64,000 nt of DNA from Mobula hypostoma (Eukaryota). The position numbers and the translations under genes are program-made. The notes under the pieces were generated by a model. It had not been told where the DNA came from, did no database searches, and was given only the letters and a program-made list of their open reading frames with translations. The DNA lies in the NCBI RefSeq assembly GCF_963921235.1, contig NC_086126.1, positions 17,670,001-17,734,000 on the forward strand, in the 5' to 3' direction. This document shows, one piece after another, positions 11,735-24,600 of this stretch; the stretch's first letter is position 1; every line of letters begins with the position of its first letter.

Positions 11735-11870
11735 CTGATTGGTTAAACGAATTTCTTCAGCTATCCAATCAACTGATTTTACTGCATGAATCATTGCTTC
11801 AAATAGCCATTGAGAATCCTAGGCATCCCATCCCTCATTAGCAAACACCTCTGGGCGCTGCCTATTTAAT
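11735..11870 (+). promoter_or_regulatory. H2B promoter
   Basis: CCAAT boxes (ATTGG ~11738, CCAATC ~11765), octamer-like CTCATTAGCAAAC at 11834-11846, TATTTAA at 11863-11869. Confidence 0.7.
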
Positions 11871-11922
11871 TCGTGCTCCGGGCCCGTTTCGCTTATTTCT
11901 GGTTCTGAAGCGGTCAGCTGAA

Positions 11923-12297
11923 ATGCCTGAGACAGCGAAACCTGCTTCGAAGAAGGGCGCCAAGAAAACTCTGCCCAAACCTGCGGGCAAGGCAGGGAAG
12001 AAGCGCAAGAGGCTGAGGAAGGAGAGTTACTCCATCTACATCTACAAAGTGATGAAGCAGGTTCACCCCGACACCGGCATCTCCTCCAAGGCCATGAGCA
12101 TCATGAACTCATTCGTCAACGATATCTTCGAGCGCATCGGGGGCGAGGCTTCCCGCCTGGCCCATTACAACAAGCGGTCAACCATCACCTCACGGGAGAT
12201 CCAGACCGCCGTGCGGCTGCTGCTGCCTGGGGAGCTGGCCAAACACGCCGTGTCCGAAGGGACAAAGGCGGTGACCAAGTACACCAGCTCTAAGTAA
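11923..12297 (+). CDS. H2B: Histone H2B, replication-dependent
   Basis: Intronless 124-aa ORF with [26 protein letters not shown]...[10 protein letters not shown]; downstream stem-loop. Confidence 0.98.
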   Translation: MPETAKPASKKGAKKTLPKPAGKAGKKRKRLRKESYSIYIYKVMKQVHPDTGISSKAMSIMNSFVNDIFERIGGEASRLAHYNKRSTITSREIQTAVRLLLPGELAKHAVSEGTKAVTKYTSSK

Positions 12298-12328
12298 ACC
12301 TCCCCAGTGCGATGATCGAAAACACAAC

Positions 12329-12369
12329 GGCTCTTTTAAGAGCCACTCACGATTTCGCTGAGAGAGTTG
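12329..12369 (+). terminator. Histone 3' stem-loop and HDE (H2B)
   Basis: GGCTCTTTTAAGAGCC at 12329-12344, purine-rich GAGAGAGTTG ~15 nt downstream. Confidence 0.93.
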
Positions 12370-13029
12370 TACAAGTATTTCGGCAATACATGGCGCATAT
12401 TTTATGTGTGGTGACTTTTACAAGAGCTAAAGAACGGTTGGAATGTCCGGTTCATCTTTCCCGTATAATCCTGGTGTTTAACATTCCTAAAACGGAATTG
12501 TTACCTCCCCATCCCCATCAGTCCGTCCCTGGCGGTATACATGTCGAGCGGAGGATTGCTGCCGTTGCTGTTTTAGCTGTGGGTTCAGGAGTTTATTAAA
12601 TACAGTTGGGTAACTTCTCTGAATATTATTTCAATGCGAGGCCGGCACGAGTTCACGATTCTTTCATAGAACAACTTTTTAAATTGCAGACTAGCCGCTG
12701 GTCACAGTTTGAGAAGAGCCGTTTGTCCATAACCTGATAACGTTTACACAATGACCGGCACCGGGCAGAAGCTGAGATTCAGTTTTACTCGGTTTGGTTA
12801 CGGGTTGAAAGAAATTAGAGATTTGAGTTCCCAGACACTCCAATATCAACTACACTTGTGCCCGGTTTCAGTAACGGGGAAATGAGAAGACCCAGTCGTC
12901 AAACAGATGAGCAATGATTTTATTTCAGATTAAATTTGAACGATAGGTTTTTGTTGGCGGGCTTTTTCCAATTTTCAGTGAACTTTGGGAGGAGACGATT
13001 ACTTTCCGCGCTTCTACCTTTACGGACTG

Positions 13030-13591
<562 letters not shown>

Positions 13592-13621
13592 AGCGACGTA
13601 AGCTGAACCTATTTACCCAAA

Positions 13622-13662
13622 GGCTCTTTTCAGAGCCACTCACAGTGTCTGTGGAAGGGCTG
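13622..13662 (+). terminator. Histone 3' stem-loop and HDE (H2A)
   Basis: GGCTCTTTTCAGAGCC at 13622-13637, then GAAGGGCTG. Confidence 0.95.
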
Positions 13663-14212
13663 AGCAGCGGGTGATTTCCGTTCAGAGTATCTGGGCTCTG
13701 TATCTGTCACGGCCCCGACCGGAGCCATCCCTGGTAACGTTTCCTCTCCTTCCGTCGTGTTTCTTCCGCGAATTAAACCGGTATAAAACTGCACAGTACG
13801 CGGTCCGCTTCACCCTGACTCATTTCCCCTCTCTGCTGGCTGAATGGAGCTCTGTCCCCTTGCGGGGTGGGGAAATGAACTTTCAGAGTCAGCCCGCGGA
13901 GGGTGAATTTAATCTCCGATCATTGAACGATTCCGCTCTTCATGACCTGAAACCGTGTTGTCTGGGTTTCACATTGCGGGTTGACCCTGGACCGTTCCGG
14001 TATACAGCAGACGGGAACACCGCCTGCCGATCGCTTCATGAGCAATTCCCACCGCCTCACAGAACAATAATATTTGCAGCTTTACATTTATCTAGAAAAG
14101 TACATTTACCCTATGGAACTGACAGTATTTACTAAAAATCTCGTCCACCTGGGTCTCTGAAATATAAATGAACATTTTGCAAAGAAAGGGTCAGTTTGGT
14201 CAGACCTCCCGA

Positions 14213-14277
14213 GACACGGCTCCCTCTGTGAGGCGGTGGGTCGCTCTGAGAACAAACTTTTGTTTGTGCCAGGGAGA
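14213..14277 (-). pseudogene. Orphan degenerate H4-type 3' end (broken stem-loop plus HDE)
   Basis: Aligns with 33441-33505 of the intact H4 gene; no H4 coding sequence recognisable upstream. Confidence 0.75.
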
Positions 14278-14839
14278 AAAGGGAGGGGGTGGGTGGATCG
14301 ACAAGGAGATTCAGTGCTGTCCTGTCTCCAATAGGAACTTCTAAACACTGATGGATAAAACCGGACACAGAATAAATTCTGCTCCACCAACCCTTTTGCA
14401 GTGCGGCGGTCCCAGTCCACATGATGGGGCAATCCCCAGGGATGTCTTCTCAGTACCTCTGAGATGTTCTCCCTGGTCAAACACATCTCTCCGTCTCTCT
14501 CCCCTCCACTCCATCGTACCTGTAGCATTTGTACTGTGAAACTGAGTTGCCGGTCCCGCCCCTCCGACAGTCATTTTTCTGTTGGGGATGACCACACACT
14601 GCTCCAGCCCACCCAGCTGAAAATGGGTACGGGCAAATGCTGGGGGTTAACCTGGCGATAGACTGGCGACCTGTGGGGCGGGGTGGGGTAGTCTCGTACT
14701 CTCAGTCGCTTCACGCCACAGAAACCGGCATAAGCACCGGCCTGATGGGCCACAAGGCTCGGGACAGACTTTAACTTTTAAATATAATATCCCAGTCTCA
14801 TGCACGGATCCATGCCCAGGGGCCATCTGCTGTTCAGAG

Positions 14840-17480
14840 AACAAAGGACAGTACAGGAGTGGCCCTTTGGCCCTTCTCTACATATTCCTGTGTCTGTCTA
14901 AGATTTCCTTAAATACTCCTGCGCTCTCTGCCTCTGCCACCACCCCTGACAGTGCATTCCATGTCTCCATCAATCTGTTGTCTTCACTTTCTTCCTCTGA
15001 GCTTAAATACATGCCTTCTGTGAAAAATATTACTGGCTGTCTACACCAACTATGACCACAAAATTCCACAGGTTTCTATCAAATCTCTCCTGAGCCGACG
15101 CCACTTCAGAAGAAAAAGTTTCAGCATGTCGAGCCTCTCCTCAGCGCACACCTCCTCCAGACATCCTGCTCCAAACCCTCCACATGCTTCCTATAATGAG
15201 GTGATCAGAACTGAACACTGTACTCTCAATGTGGCCTCACCAGCATTTTATAAGCCTGTAACATCATGTCCTGGTGCTTGAACTCAATGCCTTGCCTGAT
15301 GAAGGTAAACATGCCATACACCGACTTTACCTCCCTGTCAACCTGTGCTCCCAGTTTTAGGGAACCGATGTCTCTGAACCTCAACATCCTTCCCTTTGTC
15401 AATACTGTTAATGTTCCTGTCATTAACTGTGTACACACCCTTGATGTTGGATCTCTCAAAGTGCAGCCCGAGGTATCCTTTTCACCACAGCGAATGTACG
15501 GAATGCAATGGGATTATCTTCAATCCTACTTGCCGGAGATTTTTCATCACTGTTTCCAGCTCTCCGAATGTTCTTGAGTATCCCTGTTTTTTAAATATAG
15601 TCCTCAAACACCCTGTTTGATTCCAGCTTCCTGAGCCTTACTTATGCTTCTCCCTCCTCCTTGACTAACTTCTTGTCTCATCATCCAAGGTTCCTGAACC
15701 TTGCCATCCTTGACCCTCCCTCTTACTGAACAAACTGGCCCTGAAACACTGCACTGGTCTTTAAACAAACTCCAGGTCGGATGTGGATTTGCCTCAAAAT
15801 CCATCATTACATAATGCTGTGCCTGGCATCGAACTCAGCTTCAATCTCTCCATTCAGTGACTGGTGTTCTGTTTCACATCCCCCTGTCAATCTCATTTCA
15901 ACCCTCAAAGGGAGCAGCAATGAACTTCATGATCCTGACTGCTCTCCAGTGAAACTGCAAACCATCCCTCTTGTAAATGTCACCCCAGCACCAGAAGAGG
16001 TTCCAATGTTCTGTAATCCTGAAACCTTGTCCCTGTATCAGCTCCTCAACCACACATTCATCTGCTCTCACTTTCTGTTTGTATCCCTACTACTACAGGG
16101 CACTGGCAGTAACCCGGAGATTACAACCTTTCAGGTTCTGCTCCATAACTTGTTCCCTAACTCTCTATATTCACTGTGGGACATCATCCCTTTTCTACCT
16201 GTCCATTGGTACTGACGTGAATCACCATCTCCAGCTGAATGATCACCGTCCCCCTGTTCTGTATCTGCTCTGAGATGTCCCTGACTCTCAGAGGATTTAC
16301 AACTTTTAAAACCAACAAAAGGCAACAAAAAGAGTCATAAAGAGAGGAAAAAGTTGGAAGCTAGCCACTGGTATTAAAGAGGATACCAAAAGTTTCTTTA
16401 GATATACAAAGTGTAAAAGAGAGGCAAAAGTAGATATTGGTTCATTGGAAGTTGTTACTGGAGAGGTAGTAATGGGGTACAGGAAAATGGCAGACAAACT
16501 GAATAAGTATTGTTCATCAGTCTTCACTGGGGAAGACATTAGCAGTCTGCTGGAAATTCAAGAGAATTAGGGGGCAGAAATGAGTAATTTTGCCTTTACT
16601 CGGGAGATGGTCCTTGGGAAACTGAAAGTTCTGAGGTTAGATAATTCACCTGGACCAGATTATCTACACCAGCGCTATGAAAGATGTGGCTGAAGAGATT
16701 GTGGCAGTTTTAGTTATGTTTTTTCCATAATCCCTGGATTCTGGTGTGGTTCCAGAGAACAGGAAGATTGCAAAGGTCATCCACTCTTAAAGAAGAGAGG
16801 GAAGCAGAAGAAAGCAAATCATAGGCCAGCTCGTCCGATCTCAGTGGTTGGGAAGACAATGGAGTCAATTGTCAAGGATGTATTTTCGGGTACTTGGCAA
16901 CACATGAAAAAATGGGCCAACATCAGCATGGTTTCCTTTAATCAGTCCTCACCAAAGACTTGTGTATCTGCAACACTTCTTCTCAGCTCTTGTACTCAGT
17001 GACATGAATGATGAAGGCCGGCAGATCAAACCCCATCTTCACCACCGTATCTAGCTGAGATGTCACTTTCAGTGAACTATACATTCACATGGACATTATT
17101 TATATAAATTACAAACAACAAAGGTCCCGCCACCCAGTGGCACACCACTAGACAGACAGCTCCAGTCTGAGGCACAACCCTCAACCATCAGCCTCTGCCT
17201 CCTGTCACGGAGGCAATTATGAAATCAATCAACTATCTCCCCAGATTCCATTTTCTAGATCTAACCTTCCAGACTATAGTCAAAGGCCTGGCTAATGTCC
17301 ACATAGACATCCGCAGCCCTAACCTCATCTACACCCTCGTGAAACCCCTCAAAAGGCTGCAAGAAATTTACCAGACATGATTTCCCTTGCACAAAACTGT
17401 GCTGACTGTCTTGAATCAAACCAAATGTCGGTAGATCCTGTCCTTCAGAAACCCCTCCAACACATTACAGACTGATGGGC
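14840..17480. mobile_element. Mosaic of old CR1 fragments, both strands
   Basis: CR1 remnants such as YKMLVRPH (-), KVVISGLLPVP ORF1-like (-), and an RT-proximal fragment at 16300-16940 (+); boundaries approximate. Confidence 0.65.
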
Positions 17481-17750
17481 CTGTAGTTTCCGCTACCCTT
17501 TTTAAACAATGGCACCGCATAAACCATCAGTCCTGAAGTCACAGGAGCAGGATCAGGCCTTTTGACCCATTCAGTCTGTTCTGCCATTCCATCATACATC
17601 CCTCTCAACCCCATTCTCCTGCCTTCTACCCATAAACTTTGATACCCTTAATAATAATTAAAAATCTATGAACCTCTGCTTTAAATAAACCCACTGACTG
17701 CCTTTATGGCTGCCTGTGGAAATGAAATCCATTGATTCATCATCTTCTGA

Positions 17751-20627
17751 GGTGTACATACTTCAATGCTAGGAGTATTGCGGGGAAGGCGGATGAGTTG
17801 AGGGCGTGGATTGACACGTGGAATTATGATGTGTAGCAATTAGTGAAACTTGGCTACAGGAGGGGCAGGACTGGCAGCTTAATATTCCAGGGTTCCGATG
17901 TTTCAGATGTGATCGAGGCAGAGGAATGAAAGGTGGGGGAGCAGCATTGCTTGTTAGGGAAAATATTACAGCAGTGCTCAGGCAGGACAGATTAGAGGGC
18001 TTGTCTACTGAGTCCTTATGGGTGGAGCTGAGAAACAGGAAAGGTATGGCCACATTAGTGGGATTGTATTACAGACCACCCAATAGTCAACGAGACTTGA
18101 AAGAGCAAATCTGCAGAGAGATAGCAGGCAACTGCAGGAAACATAAAGTTGTGGTGGTAGGGGATTTTAATTTTCCATACATTGATTGGGACTCGCATAC
18201 TGTTAGGGGTCTAGATGGTTTAGAGTTTGTAAAATGTGTTCAGGAAAGTTTTCTAAATCAGTATATAGAGGGACCAACTAGAGGGGATGCAATATTGGAT
18301 CTCCTGTTAGGAAACGAATTAGGGCAAGTGACAGAAGTCTGTGTAGGGGAGCACTTTGGTTCCAGTGATCATAACACCATTAGTTTCAATTTGATCATGG
18401 ACAAGGATGGATCTGGTCCTAGGGTTGAGGTTCGGAACTGGAAGGAGGCCAAATTTGAAGAAATGAGAAAGGATCTAAAAAGCGTGGATTGGGACAGGTT
18501 GTTCTCTGGCAAAGATGTGATTGGTAGGTGGGAAGCCTTCAAAGGGGAAATTTTGAGAGTGCAGAGTTTGTATGTTCCTGTCAGGATTAAAGGCAAATTG
18601 AATAGGAATAAGGAACCTTGGTTCTCAAGGGATATTGCAACTCTGATAAAGAAGAAGAGGGAGTCGTATGAAATGTATAGGAAACAGGGGGTAAATCAGG
18701 TGCTTGAGGAGTATAACAAGTGCAAGAAAATACTTAAGAAAGAAATCAGGAGGGCTAAAAGAAGACATGAGGTTGTCTTGGCAGTCAAAGTGAAGGATAA
18801 TTCAAAGAGCTTTTACAAGTATATTAAGAGCAAAAGGATTGTGAGGGATAAAATTGGTCCTCTTGAAGATTAGAGTGGTCGGCTTTGTGCGGAACCAAAG
18901 GAAATGGGGGGGGGATCTTAAATAGGTTTTTTGCGTCTGTATTTACTAAGGAAGCTGGCATGAAATCTATGGAATTGAGGGAATCAAGTAGTGAGATCAT
19001 GGAAACTGTACAGATTGAAAAGGAGGAGGTGCTTGCTGTCTTGAGGAAAATTAAAGTGGATAAATCCCCGGGACCTGACAGAGTGTTCCCTCGGACGTTG
19101 AAGGAGACTAGTGTTGAAATTGTGGGGGCCCTGGCAGAAATATTTAAAATGTCGCTGTCTACGGGTGAAGTGCCGGAGGATTGAAGAGTGGCTCATGTTG
19201 TTCCGTTGTTTAAAAAAGAATCAAAAAGTAATCCGGGAAATTATAGGCCAGTGAGATTAACGTCAGTAGTAGGTAAGTTATTGGAGGGAGTACTAAGAGA
19301 CAGAATCTACAAGCATTTGGATAGACAGGGGCTTATTAGGGAGAGTCAACATGGCTTTGTGCGTGGTAGGTCATGTTTGACCAATCTGTTGGAGTTTTTC
19401 GAGGAGGTTACCAGGAAAATGGATGAAGGGAAGGCAGTGGATATTGTCTACATGGACTTCATTAAGGCCTTTGACAAGGCCCCGCATGGGAGGTTAGTTA
19501 GGAAAATTCAGTCGCTAGGTATACATGGAGAGGTGGTAAATTGGATTAGACATTGGCTCGATGGAAGAAGCCAGAGAGTGGTGGTGGAGAATTGCTTCTC
19601 TGAGTGGAGGCCTGTGACTAGTGGTGTGCCACAGGGATCAGTGCTGGGTCCATTGTTATTTGTCATCTATATCAATGATCTGGATGATAATGTGGTAGAT
19701 TGGATCAGCAAGTTTGCTGATGATACAAAGATTGGAGGTGTAGTAGACAGTGAGGAAGGTTTTCAGAGCCTGCAGAGGGACTTGGACCAGCTGGAAAAAT
19801 GGGCTGAAAAATGGCAGATGGAGTTTAATACTGGCAAGTGTGAGGTATTGCACATTGGAAGGACAAACCAACGTAGAACATACAGAGTTAGTGGTAAGGC
19901 ACTGAGGAGTGCAGTGGAACGGAGGGATCTGGGAATACAGATACAAAATTCCCTAAAAATGGCGTCACAGGTAGATAGGGTTGTAAAGAGAGCTTTTGAT
20001 ACATTGGCCTTTATTAATCAAAGTATTGAGTATAAGAGCTGGAATGTTATGATGAGGTTGTATAAGGCATTGGTGAGGCCGAATCTGGAGTATTGTGTTC
20101 AGTTTTGGTCACCAAATTATAGGAAGGATATAAATAAGGTTGAAAGAGTGCAGAGAATGTTTACAAGGATGTTGCCGAGACTTGAGAAACTCAGTTACAG
20201 AGAAGGGTTGAATAGGTTAGGACTTCATTCCCTGGAGCGTAGAAGAATGAGGGGAGATTTGATAGAGGTATATAAAATTATGACGGGTATAGATAGAGTG
20301 AATGCAAGCAGGCTTTTTCCACTGAGGCAAGGGGAGAAAAAAAAAACAGAGGACATGGGTTAAGGTGAGGGGGGGGAAAGTTTAAAGGGAACATTAGGGG
20401 GTGCTTCTTCACACAGAGAGTGGTGGGAGTATGGAATGAGTTGCCAGACGAGGTGGTAAATGCGGGTTCTTTTTTAACATTTAAGAATAAATTGAACAGA
20501 TACATGGATGGGAGGTGTATGGAGGGGTATGGTCCGTGTGCAGGTCAGTGGGACTAGGCAGAAAATGGTTCGGCACAACCAAGAAGGGCCAAAGGGCCTG
20601 TTTCTGTGCTGTAGTTTCTATGGTTCT
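17751..20627 (+). mobile_element. CR1 LINE with near-complete but disrupted ORF2, nested in an older minus-strand CR1
   Basis: APE endonuclease (VVGDFNFP, SDHN) 17926..18873; RT (GVPQGSVLGP, FADD) 19188..20363; host CR1 continues at ~17535-17750 and ~20628-21330. Confidence 0.92.
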
Positions 20628-21685
20628 GACTAATGACATTACTCATCTCTATTCTAGAGGGGCCTCTTTCTGTCGAGGGTGTGGTTTGGTTCTGGATTCC
20701 TCCATTATTGGAAACATCCTCTCATATCAATGCTATCTAGGCCGTTCAATATTCAATGTGTTTCTATAAGATTCTCCCTCATTCTTCTAGACTCCGGTGA
20801 CTGCAGGCCCAGATCATCAAATGATTATTACATCCTAACTCTTTCAGTCCTGGGATCATTCTCATGAATTTCCACTCCAGCCTCTGCAATGCCAGCACAT
20901 CCTTTCTTAGAAAAGTGACCCAACCCTGCTCATGATACTCCAAACGAGGTCTGACCAAAGCCTCAGCATTAGATATTTGTTTTCTAGTTCTCTTGAAATG
21001 CATGCATTTGCCTTCCTCACTACTAACTCAATGTGTACATTAACCTTTAGGGAATCATACACTAAGACCCTTTGCACAACTGATTTCTGTTCTCTCCCTG
21101 ATTAGAAAGAGCCCAGGCTGTTATTCCTCCTACCAGAGTACATGACCACACTCTTCATTACACTGTATTTCATCTGGCACTTCTTGTCCATTCTCCAAAT
21201 CTGTCCAAGTGCTACTGCAGACTCCCTGCTTCCTCAACACTGTCTGCCTGCTCGTATCATCCACAGTCTTGGCCTCAAAACTATCAATTCCACATTCGTC
21301 ACCCTGTCCAATCATGTGCAACCTCAAGTGGTGCCTGAGATGAAGCAAAATAATCTCTCCCTGGCCTCTACAGTGTATTCTCCAGCTTCCCACAGAGTAC
21401 GAGAATGTACCTGATCAGGCCCTGGAGATTTAACAACCTTAAAGAATTCTTGCAATGGTGAAATAACCGTTGGAAATTTTCATGGAAAGCCTCTCCTATT
21501 TCATTTGCCTCCACACACAGATGGCCATGTTCACCTCCAAGGGGAATGATTCTGTGTCTAACTTACCATGTCCTATGAATATAGCAAGAGAATCTCTTGG
21601 ATTTTGCTCACTTTGCCTCTGAATCATGATACCTCCTTTTACCCTCCAAACTTTTATGAGCGATCCTATCTCTAATAATATTCTC

Positions 21686-24600
21686 CTTCTTTTTAAATCT
21701 TTTTATTGAATAAGTATACAAAGGGTAAACCATAAAGGCACTAATACACTGTTAGAAATTACAGGAGATATTGAATAAAAGATCTCCAGGTCTGTTCAAA
21801 TTTAAGTGAGGAATCATAAAGATTACTTCTAATTTTCTCCAAATTTAAGCATAATATCGTCTGGGAAAACCAAAAAAAGGTAGTTGGAGCATTAGGCTCT
21901 TTCCAATGTTGTAAGATACATCTTTTCACTATTAAAGTAAGAAATTCTATGGGCTGAAGGGGAAAGATTACTGGAAATTTTAGGTAATCCAAAGATAGCA
22001 GTAATAGGATGAGGAGAGATATCTATATTCAATACCTTTGAGATAATATTAAAAATGTCTCTCCAAAAAGTTTCCAGAGTAGGACAAGACCAAAACATAT
22101 GAGTTAAAGAGGCTATCTGCCCCAGACATCTATCAAAAAAAGGATTAATATGAGAATAGAAATGAGCTAATTTATCTTTGGACATATGTGCTCTATGAAC
22201 AACTTTAAACTGAATTAGGGAATGTTTAGCTCAGATAGAGGAAGTATTGACTAATTGTAAAATCTGCCCCCAGTCATCCACGGAAATAATAGAACCCAAT
22301 TCTTGTTCCCAATCTGACCTAATCTTATCAAATGGAGCTTTCTTAAGTTTCATAATAATATTATAAATAATAGCCTTTCTGACATGGATTAAGGTTAATT
22401 ATAGTATCTAAAATATATGTAGGAGGTAGCGTTGGAAAGGAAGAGAGTATAGTACTTAGGAAATTTCTAACTTGGAGATATCTAAAAAAATGTATTCTTG
22501 GTAAATTATATTTATTAGATAATTGTTCAAAAGACATAAGGGAACCATCTAAAAATAAATCCAAAAACCGTGAAATACTCTTAGTCTTCCAAATTTGAAA
22601 CGCACGATCTGTGAAAGAGGGAGGAAAAAATATGTTACCTAAAATAGAGATCGCTAGCCCAAATTGGTTGAGATCAAAAAATTTTCTGAATTGAAACCAA
22701 ATACGCAAGGTACATTTAACTATCGGGTTAAAGACCAGTTTGAGGCGTTTCAAATCAAAAGGAAGAGAGGAACCTAAAATAGAGCCAAGTGCATAGCCCT
22801 GAGCAGATTGTAATTCCAATACTACCCATTTAGGAATGGATAGTGTATCTTGGTCAAGAAACCAAAATTTCATATGTCGAATATTAATTGCCCAATAATA
22901 GAATCTAAAGTTAGGTAATGCTAGACCTCCATCTTTCTTGGCTTTCTGTAAATGTATTTTACCCAATCTCGGGTTTTTATTTTGCCAAATAAATGAAGAA
23001 ATTTTAGAGTCAACTTTATCAAAAAAAGATTTTGGAACAAAAATTGGTAACGCCTGAAATATATATTAAAAATTTGGCAGAATAAACATCTTAACTGCAT
23101 TAATATGACCAAAGTTAAATATAATGGAAACCATTTAGATGAAAGTTGAGTAATATGATCAATTAAGGGTAAAAAATTGGTCTTAAATAAATCTTTGTAT
23201 TTACAAGTAATTTTAATCCCAAGATATGAGAAAAAATTATTAATCAATTTAAACGGAAAGTTATGATACAAGGGAAGTTGTTTATTAATCGGAAAAAGTT
23301 CACTCTTACTAAGGTTTAATTTATAACCTGAAAAAAGACTAAATTGTGCTAATAAATCTAAAGCAGCAGGGATGGATTTTTGAGGATTAGAAATATATAA
23401 AAGTAAATCATCAGCATAGAGTGATATTTTATGGGACTTTAAGCCCCGAGTTATCCCAATAATATTTGGAGATTCTCGAATGACAATTGCAAGAGGTTCT
23501 AATGCAATATCAAATAATAAAGGACTAAGAGGACAACCTTGTCGAGTACCTCGAAAAAGAGGGAAAAAAAGTGAGCTTAAGGAGTTAGTACGGACCGAGG
23601 TCATAGGAGAATGATATAACAATTTAATCCAGGATATAAATTTTGAGCTAAAATTAAACATTTCAAGCACCTTAAATAAGTAAGGCCATTCTACTCTATC
23701 AAAAGTTTTTTCAGCATCTAAAGAGAAAACACACTCAGGAACATTTTGTGAGGGGGTATAAACAATATTTAACAGTGTGCGAATGTTATAGAAAGAGTAA
23801 CGACCTTTAATAAAACCCGTTTGGTCTTCCGAAATAATAAAAGGGAGTACGTTTCTAATCTGTTTGCTAATAATTTAGAAAAAATTTTAGAATCCACATT
23901 TAATAAAGATATTGGTCTATAAGATGCACATTGAGCAGGATCTTTACCCTTCTTTAATATTAGAGAGATTGACGCTCTATAAAAGGATTCGGGATGTTTA
24001 CCAAGTTTTAATGAAGCCTCCAAAACCCTACAGAACCAAGGGATTAATTAAGGTGCAATAAACTTATAAAATCCCATGGTAAACCCATCAGGGCCAGGAG
24101 CTTTCCCCAGGTTCATAGAGGAAATAACATTCTTAATCTCATCAATAGTAATGGGAGTATCAAGCATAGAAGACATATCCTGTGAAATCTCAGGGAAATC
24201 TAGGTTATCTAAAAAGTCATTCATATATTTAGAGTCTTGTAAAGACTCAGATTGATATAAGGAAGAATAAAAATCAAAGAAGGTTTGATTGATCCCCGCA
24301 TGATCAAATATCAATCGATCATTTTGATTATAAATCTGATTAATTTGAGATTTAGTATAATTAGACTTCAGTTGGTTAGCCAACAGTTTACCAACTTTGT
24401 CACTGTGTACATAAAATTCACTTCTTGTTTTCTTTAATTGGTTTACAATCGAGGACGAAAGTAATAAGCTGTGCTCTATTTGAAGTTCAGTTCTTTGTTT
24501 ATCCAGCTCCTCAGAGGGAGCTGTAACATATTTCTTATCAATTTCCTTAACCTTGTCCACAATTACCAACTCCTCCTGCTTAAACTTCTTCCTCAAAGCA

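Noticed and set aside
14106-14528. 140-aa ORF as a possible divergent H4
   Set aside because: No recognisable H4 or histone-fold residues, and it runs through the stem-loop relic
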